A stretch of DNA of 64,000 nucleotides. Source: Cyanophyceae cyanobacterium (GTDB taxonomy: Bacteria > Cyanobacteriota > Cyanobacteriia > Cyanobacteriales > JBHJGN01). A program made the position numbers and the translations under genes. Numbering within the stretch: position 1 is the first letter of the stretch; each line of letters opens with the position of its first letter. The stretch is taken from contig JBHJGN010000029.1 of assembly GCA_050331735.1 (NCBI GenBank), positions 128,001 to 192,000 on the forward strand. Direction: 5' to 3'. Below, in pieces: positions 10,401 to 21,387 of this stretch. Below the pieces are notes generated by a model, which made no database searches, had not been told where the DNA came from, and saw only the letters and a list, made by a program, of their open reading frames with translations.

Positions 10401-12461
10401 ATGCTCCGAAACGGGACTTTATTTGCAGATTTATTAACGCAACCGCAAGCTAATCAAACTCTATCTTCTCCTCTTTTAGTGGTGGGAGGCTCTACGGCTG
10501 CTTATTCAGCCACCTTAGCGGCTTTACAGGGAGGAGGCGCGGTTTGCTTAGTCCAGCCACAGCAGATCGTTGGCGGCCAGTTTACCGCTCAAGCACTGCC
10601 GGCCTCGGATGATGGTAAGCTGATAGCGAAAAGAAATGGTATCGGGGGAGAATCCTTTGCCATTTCCCGTTCTTACCGCCGCTTTCGCCAGCGTCAGCGA
10701 GAATTACAGCCCATCAATGGTAGAGTCGTTGCTAATCCTGGTGGCGGCTGGGTCAGCCATCTGTGCGTCACCCCTGCTGTCGCTGCCCAGGCTCTTCAAG
10801 AGCCACTGATAGACTATCTCAAGCAAGGAAAATTAATTATCATTACCCATGCTGAACCGATAGCGGTATTGACGAAGATTGAGGGACAGCGACGGTGCAT
10901 TACGGGAGTGGAGTTTCAACGACGTGGAGATAAATTCACCGTTGATGCTCAGGTGGTCATTGAAGCCACCGATTTGGGCGATCTGCTGGAGTTGTCAGGA
11001 ATAGAGTCGCGCGTTGGGCAAGAGTCTCGCCACGATACTGGGGAAGCCATTCTGCCCGATCGCGCTTTTCCTCTCTGTCAGCAAGCAATTACCTTTTGTG
11101 CGGTGGTCGAAAAAAAACCTGCCGAAGGAGTCACTATCGGTAAACCAAGCGAATACGATCGCCAGCCGTGGCTAAATATCCAGGATTTTACCAGCACCTT
11201 CTGGATGCACAAAGACCAGAACCCTCCCTGGAAAAGACAAGATTTTTTCGATGACTTCGGAATCTTTACCTATCGCCGCATCTATCGAAGTCATCAAAGC
11301 AATGCGGCTCAAGACGGCGATATCACCATCATTAATTGGGGAACGAGTCCTCGGGGGGATGGCGACAAGCCTCCGCGCGATGCTGCGGTGTGCTGCGGAA
11401 ACGATTATTTGTGGGGTGTTCTAGTTGGCGTGAGTCGGGAGGAAAGACAGGAAAATATCAGGAGAGCACGCGATCGCACTCAAGCCTATCTTCACTGGCT
11501 GCAAACGAACGGCATCAACCTGAAACCTCGCGGCGATCTTACCGGGACAGCAAACGGCATTGCCCTGGAACCCTATATTCGAGAGGCGAGAAGAGGCGTT
11601 GCCTTAACCACCATTCGCCATGAAGATATCGCCCAAAAGTTTTTTCCTAGGGCAGCGAGGGCACGATGTTTCCCCGATAGCGTCGGTATCGGGCAGTATC
11701 ACTACATTGATTTTCATCCTAATAATGCTCCTGGACACGTTGACCTGGGCGATGGCAAAGCCACGCTGCCCTTTACTCTTCCTCTTGGTGCTTTAATTCC
11801 GACTAATACAGACGGATTGATTTTGTCTGCCAAAAGTATCGGCACGACGCACATTACCAATGCGGCCTATCGCATGCATCCGGTAGAGTGGGCCATTGGA
11901 GAAGCCAGCGGATATTTAGCAGCTTTTGCCCTCGAAAAAGAGTGCGAGGTTCGTCGTATAGCCACAGACCCCAATCTTACCCGGCAATTGCAGGACTGGC
12001 TGACTCAGCAGGGCGTTCCCCTATGCTGGTTCGATGATGTCGGACACGACGATCCTGATTTTACGGCGATTCAAGTGCTAGCTGTTGCTGGCATATTGCC
12101 GAGAGAGCGAGAATCTCTGCATTTTATGCCGGAAGCAGCAGTCACTCGGGGAGCGATCGCTACAGCGGTGGTCAAGCTTGTTGATTTGACGTTAAGCTAT
12201 CCTCCGGCTTCCCCATTTCAAGACGTTTCCCCAGAACACCCAGCTTACACCGATATTGTTGCTCTCCACCAACAGGGCATCGTCGTCGGCATTGGAAATC
12301 ACCAGTTTGCTCCCGAACTGGCCTGCAAACGGCAACATTTAGCGATCATTGTTCGTAAACTAGGATTTGAGCCTGAGCAAGCATTCTCCGGCATTCCCAG
12401 TAGCGGTCATTTGACCCGCAGAGAACTGGCCAGAATTTTGTATAGACTTAAGAACACATGA
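10401..12461 (+). CDS. FAD-dependent oxidoreductase with C-terminal SLH-like domain(s)
   Basis: LVVGGSTAAYSA, GGQFT, EATDLGDL, PYIREARR and AYRMHPVEWAIGEA motifs; SLH-like FQDVSPEHPAY...GIVVG...FAPE. Confidence 0.85.
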   Translation: MLRNGTLFADLLTQPQANQTLSSPLLVVGGSTAAYSATLAALQGGGAVCLVQPQQIVGGQFTAQALPASDDGKLIAKRNGIGGESFAISRSYRRFRQRQRELQPINGRVVANPGGGWVSHLCVTPAVAAQALQEPLIDYLKQGKLIIITHAEPIAVLTKIEGQRRCITGVEFQRRGDKFTVDAQVVIEATDLGDLLELSGIESRVGQESRHDTGEAILPDRAFPLCQQAITFCAVVEKKPAEGVTIGKPSEYDRQPWLNIQDFTSTFWMHKDQNPPWKRQDFFDDFGIFTYRRIYRSHQSNAAQDGDITIINWGTSPRGDGDKPPRDAAVCCGNDYLWGVLVGVSREERQENIRRARDRTQAYLHWLQTNGINLKPRGDLTGTANGIALEPYIREARRGVALTTIRHEDIAQKFFPRAARARCFPDSVGIGQYHYIDFHPNNAPGHVDLGDGKATLPFTLPLGALIPTNTDGLILSAKSIGTTHITNAAYRMHPVEWAIGEASGYLAAFALEKECEVRRIATDPNLTRQLQDWLTQQGVPLCWFDDVGHDDPDFTAIQVLAVAGILPRERESLHFMPEAAVTRGAIATAVVKLVDLTLSYPPASPFQDVSPEHPAYTDIVALHQQGIVVGIGNHQFAPELACKRQHLAIIVRKLGFEPEQAFSGIPSSGHLTRRELARILYRLKNT

Positions 12462-12494
12462 ACAATCAACAATCAACAGACAACTCAGAAGCTA

Positions 12495-12644
12495 TACCAT
12501 TTATCAAAAGTAGTCAGAGAGTTCCCCAAACTCTCAAAGAGTTGGAAGTTAACTGGGAAAAACTGGTGCCCCTTCCCCTTGACCCGTTCTGACACCGAAC
12601 TATTTTCCCCAACCAACCAATCTCATTACTTTTTCTAATTGGTA
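12495..12644 (-). mobile_element. ~150-bp MITE, diverged copy
   Basis: TACCATTTATCAAAAGTAG...TTACTTTTTCTAATTGGTA termini; flanks CTA/TTA; homologous to copies at 14.7, 34.4, 34.7 and 37.3 kb. Confidence 0.8.
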
Positions 12645-12728
12645 TTAGTCTGTCCCTCCGATTGAAAACTGCTGGCTTCTGGCTTCAGGATGAAATGCTA
12701 AGTTGAAGATAGTTTCGTTTCCTAAAAA

Positions 12729-14663
12729 ATGAGTATTTTCACTCTCCAGTCAGTCAAAAAAGATTTCGGCCTTAAAGAAATTTTGCGAGATGCTAACTTT
12801 AGCCTCGATGCCGGAGACAAAGTGGGTCTGATCGGAACAAATGGCTCTGGTAAATCAACTCTCCTCAAGATTCTCGCCGGAATTGAACCGATTGACGGAG
12901 GGCAGATTTTGGTAAACTCCAATCTGCGTCGGGTTTACCTGCCTCAACAGCCAGATATTGATGAGAAACATACCGTTCTAGAGCAGGTCTTTGCCGATAG
13001 TGGCGAGCAGATGTCGCTAGTGCGCGAGTATGAGGAATTATCGCATCAACTGGCCCGTTCTTCAACCCAAGAAGCGCTCCTGTCGCGCCTTACTGCCGTT
13101 ACCGAAAAGATAGACGCGACTAATGCTTGGGAACTGGAAACCAATGCCAAAATTGTGCTTACTCAGCTAGGCATTCAAGACTTCGACACTCCCGTTGGCA
13201 ATCTCTCTGGCGGCTATCGTAAGCGGATTGCTCTAGCGGCGGCACTGCTGTCTGAACCAGATATTCTGCTGATGGATGAACCTACAAACCATCTCGATGC
13301 TTTGTCTGTAGAGTGGCTTCAGGACTATCTCCAGCGCTACCGAGGAGCCATTTTTCTCGTCACCCATGATCGCTATTTTCTCGATCGCGTCACCAACCGC
13401 ATTATCGAACTCGACCGCGGCGACCTGTTTACCTACAATGGCAACTATTCCTACTACTTGGAGAAGAAAGCCCTCGCTGAAGAAGCAGATGCTAGCAGTC
13501 AACGCAAGTTCCAAGGAGTTCTGCGACGAGAGTTAGCGTGGCTGCAACAAGGACCAAAAGCCCGCAGCACCAAGCAAAAAGCCCGCATTCAGCGCATTGA
13601 AGAAATGCAGGGACAGGAGTTTAAAGCAGCGCTTGGAAAAGTGAGCCTGGGAACTCCCACGCGCCGGATTGGCAAAAAGGTGATTGAACTCGCCCACATT
13701 TCCAAAGCCTACGGAGAGAGAACCATCATCAAAGACTTCTCCTACGAGTTTAGCCCCGAAGACCGCGTTGGCATTATTGGTCCCAATGGAGTGGGGAAAT
13801 CAACCTTAATGGATATTATTACTGAACGCACTGAACCAGATTCTGGCACAGTAGAGGTAGGGGCTACCATTGCCTTTGGCTATTTCAATCAGCACTCCGA
13901 CGACCTGCTGGTGGCGCTTAAAGACAATCAGCGCGTCATTGACTACCTTAAAGAGGTGGGCGAGTACGTAAAATTGGCCGACGGGACTCAAATTAGTGCG
14001 TCTCAAATGCTAGAGCGCTTTCTCTTTCCCCCCAATCAGCAGTATCTTCCCCTCGAAAAGCTTTCGGGGGGAGAAAAGCGCCGTCTGTTTCTGCTGCGGG
14101 TGCTAATGTTGGCTCCTAACGTGCTGATTCTCGATGAACCGACAAACGATTTGGATGTCCAAACCTTAGCGGTATTAGAAGAATACTTAGAAGAGTTTCA
14201 AGGCTGCGTCATTGTGGTGTCTCACGATCGCTATTTCCTCGATCGGTGCGTTGAGAAGATATTTGCCTTTGAAGACGGTCATTTACGGTCTTACCCAGGC
14301 AACTATTCGGTTTACTTAGAGTACAAGCATAGAGAAGCCAATCAAGCGAAAGAATTCTCAGACAAGAAAGCATCTAAAGCTGTCAGCAAAAGTACTCGCG
14401 GTCCTTCTCCCTCTCAACCTTCTAAAGCATCAGCTCATCGCCCCCGCCGTTTGTCTAACTACGAAAGACGAGAATACGAGCAGCTTGAAAGCAAGATTAC
14501 TGAAATGGAATCTGAAAAAGAAGGATTAGAAAAAACTTTATACCACGATCCTCCGGCTGGTTTTACCCAAGTCCAAGAACTGTCTGAGCAGTTAGCAGCA
14601 TTAACCCAGGAAATAGAGCGAGCAACTGAACGCTGGATGGATCTTGCTCAGAGAGATTCCTAA
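12729..14663 (+). CDS. ABC-F family ATP-binding protein (Uup-like)
   Basis: Two ABC cassettes (GTNGSGKS/LSGG/DEPTNHLD and GPNGVGKS/LSGGE/DEPTNDLD), GPKARSTK linker, C-terminal coiled coil, no TM segments. Confidence 0.92.
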   Translation: MSIFTLQSVKKDFGLKEILRDANFSLDAGDKVGLIGTNGSGKSTLLKILAGIEPIDGGQILVNSNLRRVYLPQQPDIDEKHTVLEQVFADSGEQMSLVREYEELSHQLARSSTQEALLSRLTAVTEKIDATNAWELETNAKIVLTQLGIQDFDTPVGNLSGGYRKRIALAAALLSEPDILLMDEPTNHLDALSVEWLQDYLQRYRGAIFLVTHDRYFLDRVTNRIIELDRGDLFTYNGNYSYYLEKKALAEEADASSQRKFQGVLRRELAWLQQGPKARSTKQKARIQRIEEMQGQEFKAALGKVSLGTPTRRIGKKVIELAHISKAYGERTIIKDFSYEFSPEDRVGIIGPNGVGKSTLMDIITERTEPDSGTVEVGATIAFGYFNQHSDDLLVALKDNQRVIDYLKEVGEYVKLADGTQISASQMLERFLFPPNQQYLPLEKLSGGEKRRLFLLRVLMLAPNVLILDEPTNDLDVQTLAVLEEYLEEFQGCVIVVSHDRYFLDRCVEKIFAFEDGHLRSYPGNYSVYLEYKHREANQAKEFSDKKASKAVSKSTRGPSPSQPSKASAHRPRRLSNYERREYEQLESKITEMESEKEGLEKTLYHDPPAGFTQVQELSEQLAALTQEIERATERWMDLAQRDS

Positions 14664-14740
14664 AGCTCATCGCTGCTGCCGATAGCAAGAGCTGTAATTG
14701 CTGCCATTTCCTCTTTCCTATAGCTTTTTAATTGTACGAG

Positions 14741-14889
14741 AGCTATTTACCGAAAGTAGTCAGATAGTTCCTTAAACTAACCAAGCATTGGAGGTTCAAG
14801 AGCAAAGAGCTGCTGTGCTTCCCTTTCCCCTTGACCCCTTCCCCTTTCCCCCAACTCATCAAGTCTCCTATTACTTTTTCTAATTGGTA
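14741..14889 (-). mobile_element. ~149-bp MITE copy with one degenerate end
   Basis: Near-identical, in reverse complement, to 34673-34821; ends CTAATTGGTA followed by TTA. Confidence 0.88.
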
Positions 14890-15113
14890 TTAATCAGTTA
14901 TTTTATGTATTGCCGAATACTAAAAATAATGACTGAATTGTGTTGTTCTAGCTAAAAAGCTTTGAGAAAGAAGCAGGTTTGGTTAATTGTGTTAGCAGTG
15001 CAAACTAAAAATGGAGATCGCTACCGTTGACTTTGTAGGGTTTGTCTTCGCTCTTTAAGAAGAGGTAATTCTTATTCTATGCAAAGGTTAAGAAAAAAAT
15101 TCAGAAAAAAATA

Positions 15114-15142
15114 TTGATTTAGTAATACGTTTGTACTAATAT
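15114..15142 (+). promoter_or_regulatory. Sigma70-type promoter containing a LexA-like box
   Basis: TTGATT-17 nt-TAATAT. AATACGTTTGTACT (15124-15137) lies between the boxes, one mismatch from RGTAC-NNN-DGTWCB. Confidence 0.55.
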
Positions 15143-15176
15143 ACGAGTGGATTACTAAATACTAAATATGTGACTC

Positions 15177-15656
15177 ATGAAAACATCAGCACGAGGTGCG
15201 AAAGGTTTAGCCCCGTCCTCCTCTTTAGCGCAAGAACAATTAACCCCTGGTGCGCGTAAAGCAATTGAACTGTTTCCCATTAAACCGCCGAGAAGAATTG
15301 AGCTCGTTCAAAACAAACCTCACTCTAAAGACAAGCCCGGTGGCGTTGCTAGCCCGAGAAACACGCACCAGTCGCGAGTGGAAACGAACCTCAAACGGCT
15401 AGAAAAGCAAGTCCAAAAGATTAATCGGCTTTCGGTACAGACGGAAGAGGCTCTTCGAGAACTGAAGACGATTGCCACCAGGGTTAATCAAGATATTCGC
15501 CGTGTACGCCGTCAGCATCGCCGCTTAAACGTCTGCGAGTATCGTGAAGTTCGTCTTCCGGTCGTTCGTCAAAAGTCGGATGGTCGTTTAGTCTTGATGT
15601 CTCGTTCTGTTGATTTATCTGCTGTGTCTTCAAACACGACAGTGGCTAAATCCTAA
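15177..15656 (+). CDS. Hypothetical basic coiled-coil protein
   Basis: 159-aa ORF with a promoter upstream; CEYREVRLPVV...RSVDL C-terminus. Confidence 0.7.
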   Translation: MKTSARGAKGLAPSSSLAQEQLTPGARKAIELFPIKPPRRIELVQNKPHSKDKPGGVASPRNTHQSRVETNLKRLEKQVQKINRLSVQTEEALRELKTIATRVNQDIRRVRRQHRRLNVCEYREVRLPVVRQKSDGRLVLMSRSVDLSAVSSNTTVAKS

Positions 15657-15694
15657 CCAAAGACTGAGCCAAGCCGACCTTAATTAATTCTCGT

Positions 15695-16168
15695 ATGCGC
15701 GACCAACAGCTACAGCCCACTAATGCCGCTGCGCGTCTTTTGAAAATTCTGCTTAAGGCTCACGTTATCGGTAACTCTTTTGCCAACGACAGTGCCATGA
15801 GCATTTTTGCCAGAGCGATGGAAAAGGAATTAAAAATTAACGTTGAATCGTTAATTAGCAACGTCAATCAATCTCAACTAGAGCCAAGTCTTCAGTTTTT
15901 ACTGCGAAAGAGACTCACGGATATTCGCAATGCGATTGAAAACTATCAGTTCTACGGGGTGGCTGCTATAGAACAGGAAGTAGAAGCAAGCCTAGGAGCG
16001 CTCGCTCTCAACAAAGATAAGTTTGAGAAAGAGCGCCACCAGCCATTAGTGATTAGCTTCTTCCGACTGATTAAAGACCTGCTTGATATTGTTTCTAATA
16101 CCAAGCAACTCTTCTCTAAAAAAGTGATTGTCTCAATTAGAAACCTGTTGCCAGGCAGCATTATTTAA
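15695..16168 (+). CDS. Hypothetical protein
   Basis: 157-aa helical ORF, 38 bp after the previous gene. Confidence 0.65.
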   Translation: MRDQQLQPTNAAARLLKILLKAHVIGNSFANDSAMSIFARAMEKELKINVESLISNVNQSQLEPSLQFLLRKRLTDIRNAIENYQFYGVAAIEQEVEASLGALALNKDKFEKERHQPLVISFFRLIKDLLDIVSNTKQLFSKKVIVSIRNLLPGSII

Positions 16169-16273
16169 TAGTGACCAGTAAACAGTTATTAATAATCGCC
16201 CGATGCGGTTGAAGTTCTCTCTTTCTCTAAATAAAGCTTCAACAAGTCATTGAACTGGTCACTGTTCACGGTT

Positions 16274-17428
16274 TCAGGATTCAGCCATCACTCTAGCCGC
16301 AGCAGCAACTCCCGCTCCTGGGGTCATGCTTTCGTAACCTAGCTCGCGCAGCGTCGCTTCTAGGGCCGATATAGCGGCTAAAATATCGCGATCGCACACA
16401 AAGCCCAGATGACCGATGCGGAACAGCTTGCCCTTCATGTGGTCTTGGCCGCCAGCGAGGGCAATATCAAAGCGCTTCTTCATAATGGCGCGAATTTGCT
16501 CCGCCTCTACGTTCGTCGGGGCGATCGCCGTGACTGCTGTACTGGCGTTGCTATCGGGAGCAAACAGAGGCAACCCTAACGCCTTGACCGCGGCTCGCGT
16601 TGCCTGAGTCAGACGGCGGTGACGGGCAAAAATATTTTCTAGTCCCTCCTCCTTCATCATCCGCAGCGCCACCTGTAATCCAAACATGAGGTTCACAGGG
16701 GGAGTAAAGGGAGAGCTATCTTTATCGTTCGACTTTTTGTAGGTTTTCAGATCGAGATAAAACTTGGGCAATCTAGCGTCTTCGTAAGCTTGCCACGCTT
16801 TTGGACCAACGGCAACAAAGCCTAACCCAGGAGGCACCATATAGCCTTTTTGCGCTCCGGAAGCGACGACATCTAAACCCCACTCGTCGATAGGGATATT
16901 GATCGCGCCCAGGCTGGTAACGGCATCCACGATCGTTAGGCATTCCCCATGAGCTTTAGCGTGGCGGTTGATGGTTTCGAGGTCGTTAAGAACTCCGGTA
17001 GAGGTTTCGGAGTGGGTAATAATGACGGCCTTAATTTGCCGCTCTTTGTCCGCCTCTAGCTTGGCGCGGAACTCTTCCGGGTCGAGGGGGTGACCCCACT
17101 CAGCAGTAACGGTGTCTACCTCTAAGCCAAACGCTTTACTCATTTTCGCCCAGCGATCGCCAAATTTCCCGTTGCTGCCCACCAACACGCGATCGCCCGG
17201 ACTTAAAAAGTTAATAATACCAGCCTCCATCGCTCCCGTACCGCTAACGGTGAGAGTGAGTACATCATGCTGAGTTTGGTGTAGCCATTGCAGATGTTCG
17301 TTAACCTCGGCAATGACCTTGCTGAAGTCTGAGCTACGGTGTCCAATTGGATGCTTGGCCAAAGCCAGCAGCACCTGTTCAGGAACAGGTGTTGGTCCCG
17401 GAATCATGAGCATATGCTTATCTTCCAT
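16274..17428 (-). CDS. Alanine--glyoxylate / serine--pyruvate aminotransferase family (class V PLP)
   Basis: LMIPGPTPVP, HSETSTG, VDAVTS, SGAQKG (PLP lysine) and FRIGHLG motifs. Confidence 0.93.
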   Translation of the reverse strand: MEDKHMLMIPGPTPVPEQVLLALAKHPIGHRSSDFSKVIAEVNEHLQWLHQTQHDVLTLTVSGTGAMEAGIINFLSPGDRVLVGSNGKFGDRWAKMSKAFGLEVDTVTAEWGHPLDPEEFRAKLEADKERQIKAVIITHSETSTGVLNDLETINRHAKAHGECLTIVDAVTSLGAINIPIDEWGLDVVASGAQKGYMVPPGLGFVAVGPKAWQAYEDARLPKFYLDLKTYKKSNDKDSSPFTPPVNLMFGLQVALRMMKEEGLENIFARHRRLTQATRAAVKALGLPLFAPDSNASTAVTAIAPTNVEAEQIRAIMKKRFDIALAGGQDHMKGKLFRIGHLGFVCDRDILAAISALEATLRELGYESMTPGAGVAAAARVMAES

Positions 17429-17509
17429 TATTTCCTCCCAGTTGTCGTGATAGTAATTGGCTCAATCTGTGGCGTTAAAAATACTCTGTATGCAACGGCT
17501 TAATTGCCA

Positions 17510-17791
17510 TCAAAAGCTATCCTCGACTGTTTGACCATTCGCCAAAGGAGAGTTTCCGTTGTTGCTAGGACTATTTAAGGACCAACGGTAATCATACGGC
17601 TTGCCAGTCTGCTCACAAATTGCCTCTAACTGCTTCTGCTGCGCTAACGCTTTTCGTAAAATGACGATCAACTGACGCACTTTCTCTTTAATAGCTGGCT
17701 CATGGCTAGCAGCCGCCATCGTTTGGCGCTCTAATAACTGCAGAACGAGTTCATAATGTACGCGAGAGGGCAGAGGAATTGGCTCCATCAA
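17510..17791 (-). CDS. Small conserved cyanobacterial protein (DUF5340-like)
   Basis: PIPLPSRVHYELVLQLLERQT...LRKALAQQKQLE...YRWSLN; lies next to trpC. Confidence 0.8.
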   Translation of the reverse strand: MMEPIPLPSRVHYELVLQLLERQTMAAASHEPAIKEKVRQLIVILRKALAQQKQLEAICEQTGKPYDYRWSLNSPSNNGNSPLANGQTVEDSF

Positions 17792-18024
17792 ACTTCCTAA
17801 GTAAGAATTTATAGTGTCAAAGGCGTTCAGGGCCTACATCATTAAGCCTATTTTTCGTTTTAACCGAAAACTTCCTCACTAGCTGACTGAGCCAATACAT
17901 TTAGACCAAATTTTAGCTGCCTAACTATTTGCTCTCATCCTAGCCTACAGGAATCTTCTCAATCTACCACTTTTGTTTTTCTGTTAGTGATATTTTTTTC
18001 TGCGCCCCAAGAATCGGTTCCGGA

Positions 18025-18148
18025 AGGGGAATATTGCTGCGCGATGGGGAAAGGGGAAACTGTCCCTCTGGGACGGGGAAGGGGGAAAGGGAAAGAGGAG
18101 AGTTTGTTCCTTTCTCCCTTTCCCTTTTCCCTGCGCCTGCGGCGCTTT
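18025..18148. repeat. Inverted G-rich/C-rich short-repeat tract with 3 micro-hairpins
   Basis: GGGGAAA-type units followed by TTTCCCT-type units; hairpins at 18033-45, 18062-74 and 18133-45. Confidence 0.8.
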
Positions 18149-18150
18149 GT

Positions 18151-19035
18151 CTAGGCAGAAAATAGCTTCGCAATAGCGGCTTTCGGGTCTGGCTGTTTCA
18201 CTAAAGATTCGCCAATCAGGACAGCATCGGCTCCTGCCAGTCTGACTTGTTCTAAATCGTTATACTGATGCAGACCTGATTCACTAACAATAGTAATTTT
18301 TCGCTCTTTGATGGCTTGGGAACGGTGCTCAAGCAACTGGCACGTCGTTTGTAAATCAACCGAAAAGTCTTCTAAGTTTCGATTGTTGATGCCAATTACG
18401 GTGACATCCTTGAGCGACAGAACCCGATCTAACTCCTCAAGTGTGTGGACCTCGAGCAGCGGTGTCATCCCGATGGCGCGGGTAATTTTGATGAAATATT
18501 GCAGGTCGCTGTCGCTTAAAATGGCCGCAATGAACAAGACTGCATCGGCTCCTTTGGCGCGAGCCATATAAATCTGGTAAGGATAAATAATGAACTCTTT
18601 GCAAAGCAGCGGTAAATCTACCGCTCCGCGTACTAAAGCAAGGTTATCAAAACTGCCAGCAAAGAATTTGGCATCTGTCAGCACTGACAAGCAGCTTGCT
18701 CCACCCTGTTCATAGGCTTGAGCAATCTGTACTGGATTAAAGTTCTCGCAAATAATGCCTCTACTGGGAGAGGCTTTTTTGACTTCGGCAATCAGGGCAG
18801 GTTGCGTCTTTCCCTGTCGCAGGGCCGCCACAAAATCGCGGGCGGGGCCAACCTCTCGCACCTGCTTCTGCAACTCAAGGAGAGACAGGCGCGATCGCAT
18901 TTGCTCGACTTCTTTTTCTTTGTGCCAAACAATCTCTTCTAAAATATGGCGCGGCTGGGCACCCGGGAGATTGACCTGATAGCGTAGGATACTAATATCG
19001 ACGGGAGGATTGGGCTGTCTTCTTCTAATCTGCAT
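18151..19035 (-). CDS. trpC: Indole-3-glycerol phosphate synthase
   Basis: [30 protein letters not shown] and LIGESL motifs. Confidence 0.96.
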   Translation of the reverse strand: MQIRRRQPNPPVDISILRYQVNLPGAQPRHILEEIVWHKEKEVEQMRSRLSLLELQKQVREVGPARDFVAALRQGKTQPALIAEVKKASPSRGIICENFNPVQIAQAYEQGGASCLSVLTDAKFFAGSFDNLALVRGAVDLPLLCKEFIIYPYQIYMARAKGADAVLFIAAILSDSDLQYFIKITRAIGMTPLLEVHTLEELDRVLSLKDVTVIGINNRNLEDFSVDLQTTCQLLEHRSQAIKERKITIVSESGLHQYNDLEQVRLAGADAVLIGESLVKQPDPKAAIAKLFSA

Positions 19036-19058
19036 GGATTCATGACGTGAGTGAGGGT

Positions 19059-20480
19059 CTAAGCAGCGACTTCGGCTCGCTTGTAGGCTTCATCGAGAAC
19101 TTCAGAAAGGGTGGGGTGGGTGTGGACGGTAAAGGCAAGGTTTTGCACCGTTTGCCGCTGGGCGATCGCGTTGGCTGCCTCCTGAATCAGGTCGGCGGCG
19201 TGCATACCGATAATATGTACGCCGAGAACTTCCCCGGTATCTTGCCGATACACAACCTTGGCTAAGCCATCGGTTTCCCCTTCTGCCAGGGCTTTGGAGT
19301 TGCCTTTAAAGTACGTCTTCACCGAGGCTACTGGAAATCCTTCCTGGTCTCCGAGTTCCTTGGCGGCGGGTTCTGTGTAGCCCACGTAGCTAATTTCTGG
19401 ATGGGTAAAGGCCGCAGCGGGAATAGAGCGGTAGTCTACGATATGCTCGCGTCCGCAGATGTTTTCTACCGCAACGATTCCCTGACCAGAAGCCGCATGA
19501 GCTAGCATCATCTTTCCCGTCGCATCGCCCACTGCCCACAGGTGAGGCACTGGCTGACCGTCCCGCAGCACCGCCATCTGGTCATCGACCGGAATAAAGC
19601 CACGGCGGTCGGTTTCGACCCCTAACGTTTCTAATCCGAGGTTCTTGGTAGCGGGAATGCGACCTGTCGCCACCAGACAGGCATCGACTTCTAAGACCTC
19701 ATTCACTTCCTTCGTTTTCGGATCGGCGAGTTCAATGACGACCGGAGAACCTGGCTTGACGGTTTTGGCAATTTTGCCCACGCGGGTTTCAATGTCGCGG
19801 GTGGCAATCAGGACTCGTTGAGCAATTTTGGCGATTTCTGGGTCGAAACCAGGCATGAGAGTATCGAGAGCCTCAATCATGGTAATCTCGCATCCCAGGG
19901 CTGTATACACGTCGGAGAATTCTAATCCAATATAGCCACTGCCGATAATGGCAATCCAGTCAGGAAGAGACTCTAGCTTGATCGCGTCATCGCTGGTAAA
20001 CACGGTTTTGCCGTCAAGTTCAATTCCTGGAGGCACAAACGGCACTGAACCAGGACAGAGCAGAATATCTTGAGCGGTAATTGTTCTTTCTCCGTTCTCG
20101 GTTTGAACGGTTACTTTCTGCGGTCCTGAGACTTTTCCCCAGCCCCGAATGGTATCAACTTTGAGGCGCTTAAGGCTGTTGGTGAGATCGCCCCGAATTT
20201 TGCTGACTAAGTTAAGAGCATGGTCGGCGATCGCCTGTCGTTCAAACTGTACTCCGTCAACCTGAATGCCCAGTTCCTGGAGGTGTTCGCTGCCCAACTC
20301 CCTGACCCTTCCTGAAGCGGCGAGAAGGGCTTTAGACGGAATGCAGCCTCGATTAACGCAGGTTCCTCCCATGTCCTGGGCTTCGATAATGGCCGTTTTC
20401 AAACCGCACTTAACGGCGTGTAGGGCTGCACCATGCCCGCCAACGCCAGCCCCAATAATGACTAAATCGTAATCGAACAT
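19059..20480 (-). CDS. lpdA: Dihydrolipoamide dehydrogenase
   Basis: [19 protein letters not shown] redox disulfide and HTHPTLSE motifs. Confidence 0.96.
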   Translation of the reverse strand: MFDYDLVIIGAGVGGHGAALHAVKCGLKTAIIEAQDMGGTCVNRGCIPSKALLAASGRVRELGSEHLQELGIQVDGVQFERQAIADHALNLVSKIRGDLTNSLKRLKVDTIRGWGKVSGPQKVTVQTENGERTITAQDILLCPGSVPFVPPGIELDGKTVFTSDDAIKLESLPDWIAIIGSGYIGLEFSDVYTALGCEITMIEALDTLMPGFDPEIAKIAQRVLIATRDIETRVGKIAKTVKPGSPVVIELADPKTKEVNEVLEVDACLVATGRIPATKNLGLETLGVETDRRGFIPVDDQMAVLRDGQPVPHLWAVGDATGKMMLAHAASGQGIVAVENICGREHIVDYRSIPAAAFTHPEISYVGYTEPAAKELGDQEGFPVASVKTYFKGNSKALAEGETDGLAKVVYRQDTGEVLGVHIIGMHAADLIQEAANAIAQRQTVQNLAFTVHTHPTLSEVLDEAYKRAEVAA

Positions 20481-20564
20481 CTATCTTAAAGTCCGTAATC
20501 ATTCCTCTCTTTATCGTAATCGATGCGATCGCTCTCTTTTGAGAGATGCTGAGCATTGATAAGA

Positions 20565-21359
20565 CTACTCCCCCTGACCCCGAATCAGAGAGCGCTGTCG
20601 CCTCGCTTCGTACAGCAAGAGGGCGGCGGCGATCGCTACGTTTAACGACTCGACTCCATTACGAAGGGGAATTTGAACCTGTCGATCGGCTAGAGTGACT
20701 AACTCCCTCGATAAACCCGCTCCTTCGTTGCCCAGTAAAATTAAGGTTGGTACGCTCCAGTCAAGTTCCCAATAGGCTTGAGTCGCTTGAGGACGAGTCG
20801 CCACGATTTGTGTTCCCTGCTGTTGATAGTGGACTACGGTGGCGGCCAAATTGTCACTGTGGGCGATCGGGGCTTGGAACCAAGACCCGGCTGATGCTCT
20901 CATTACTTTAGGATTGTGCAGCTCTACGCTATCTTGGCTCAGCCAGAGGCGATCAGTGCTAGTGGCCACTGCCGTCCGTAAAATGGTTCCTAAATTTCCC
21001 GGATCTTGGAGCCTTTCCAGCATTAGACCGAGGCTAAGGTCTGACGATGCGAGGAGCGTTCTGGGAGGGATGGTAGCGACCACTCCATCCGGATTGACGG
21101 TTGTTGCTAGCTTAGCTAAGACTTCCGGGGAGACGAGTTCGGTTCGGGCTGCTTTTTGGGAGACGGTTTGCCACAGGCAAGGCTGGCGTTCCTGCCATTG
21201 AGGAGTACAGCACACCGTTACTAAGGAATGATTGGCATCGCAAGCAGCCTGAAGCAGATGCGTTCCTTCCAATAAGTACAGGTTTTGTTCGCGCCTCGCT
21301 TTGGCACGATGCAGCTTCCGCATCTGCTTAATCAAAGGATTTTGCAGACTGGTCAACAT
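20565..21359 (-). CDS. TrmH/SpoU family RNA methyltransferase
   Basis: QDPGNLGTILRT, LGNEGAG and ESLNVAIA motifs. Confidence 0.93.
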   Translation of the reverse strand: MLTSLQNPLIKQMRKLHRAKARREQNLYLLEGTHLLQAACDANHSLVTVCCTPQWQERQPCLWQTVSQKAARTELVSPEVLAKLATTVNPDGVVATIPPRTLLASSDLSLGLMLERLQDPGNLGTILRTAVATSTDRLWLSQDSVELHNPKVMRASAGSWFQAPIAHSDNLAATVVHYQQQGTQIVATRPQATQAYWELDWSVPTLILLGNEGAGLSRELVTLADRQVQIPLRNGVESLNVAIAAALLLYEARRQRSLIRGQGE

Positions 21360-21387
21360 AGAGCCGTGAGTAAGCTTTTCAAGTTAA

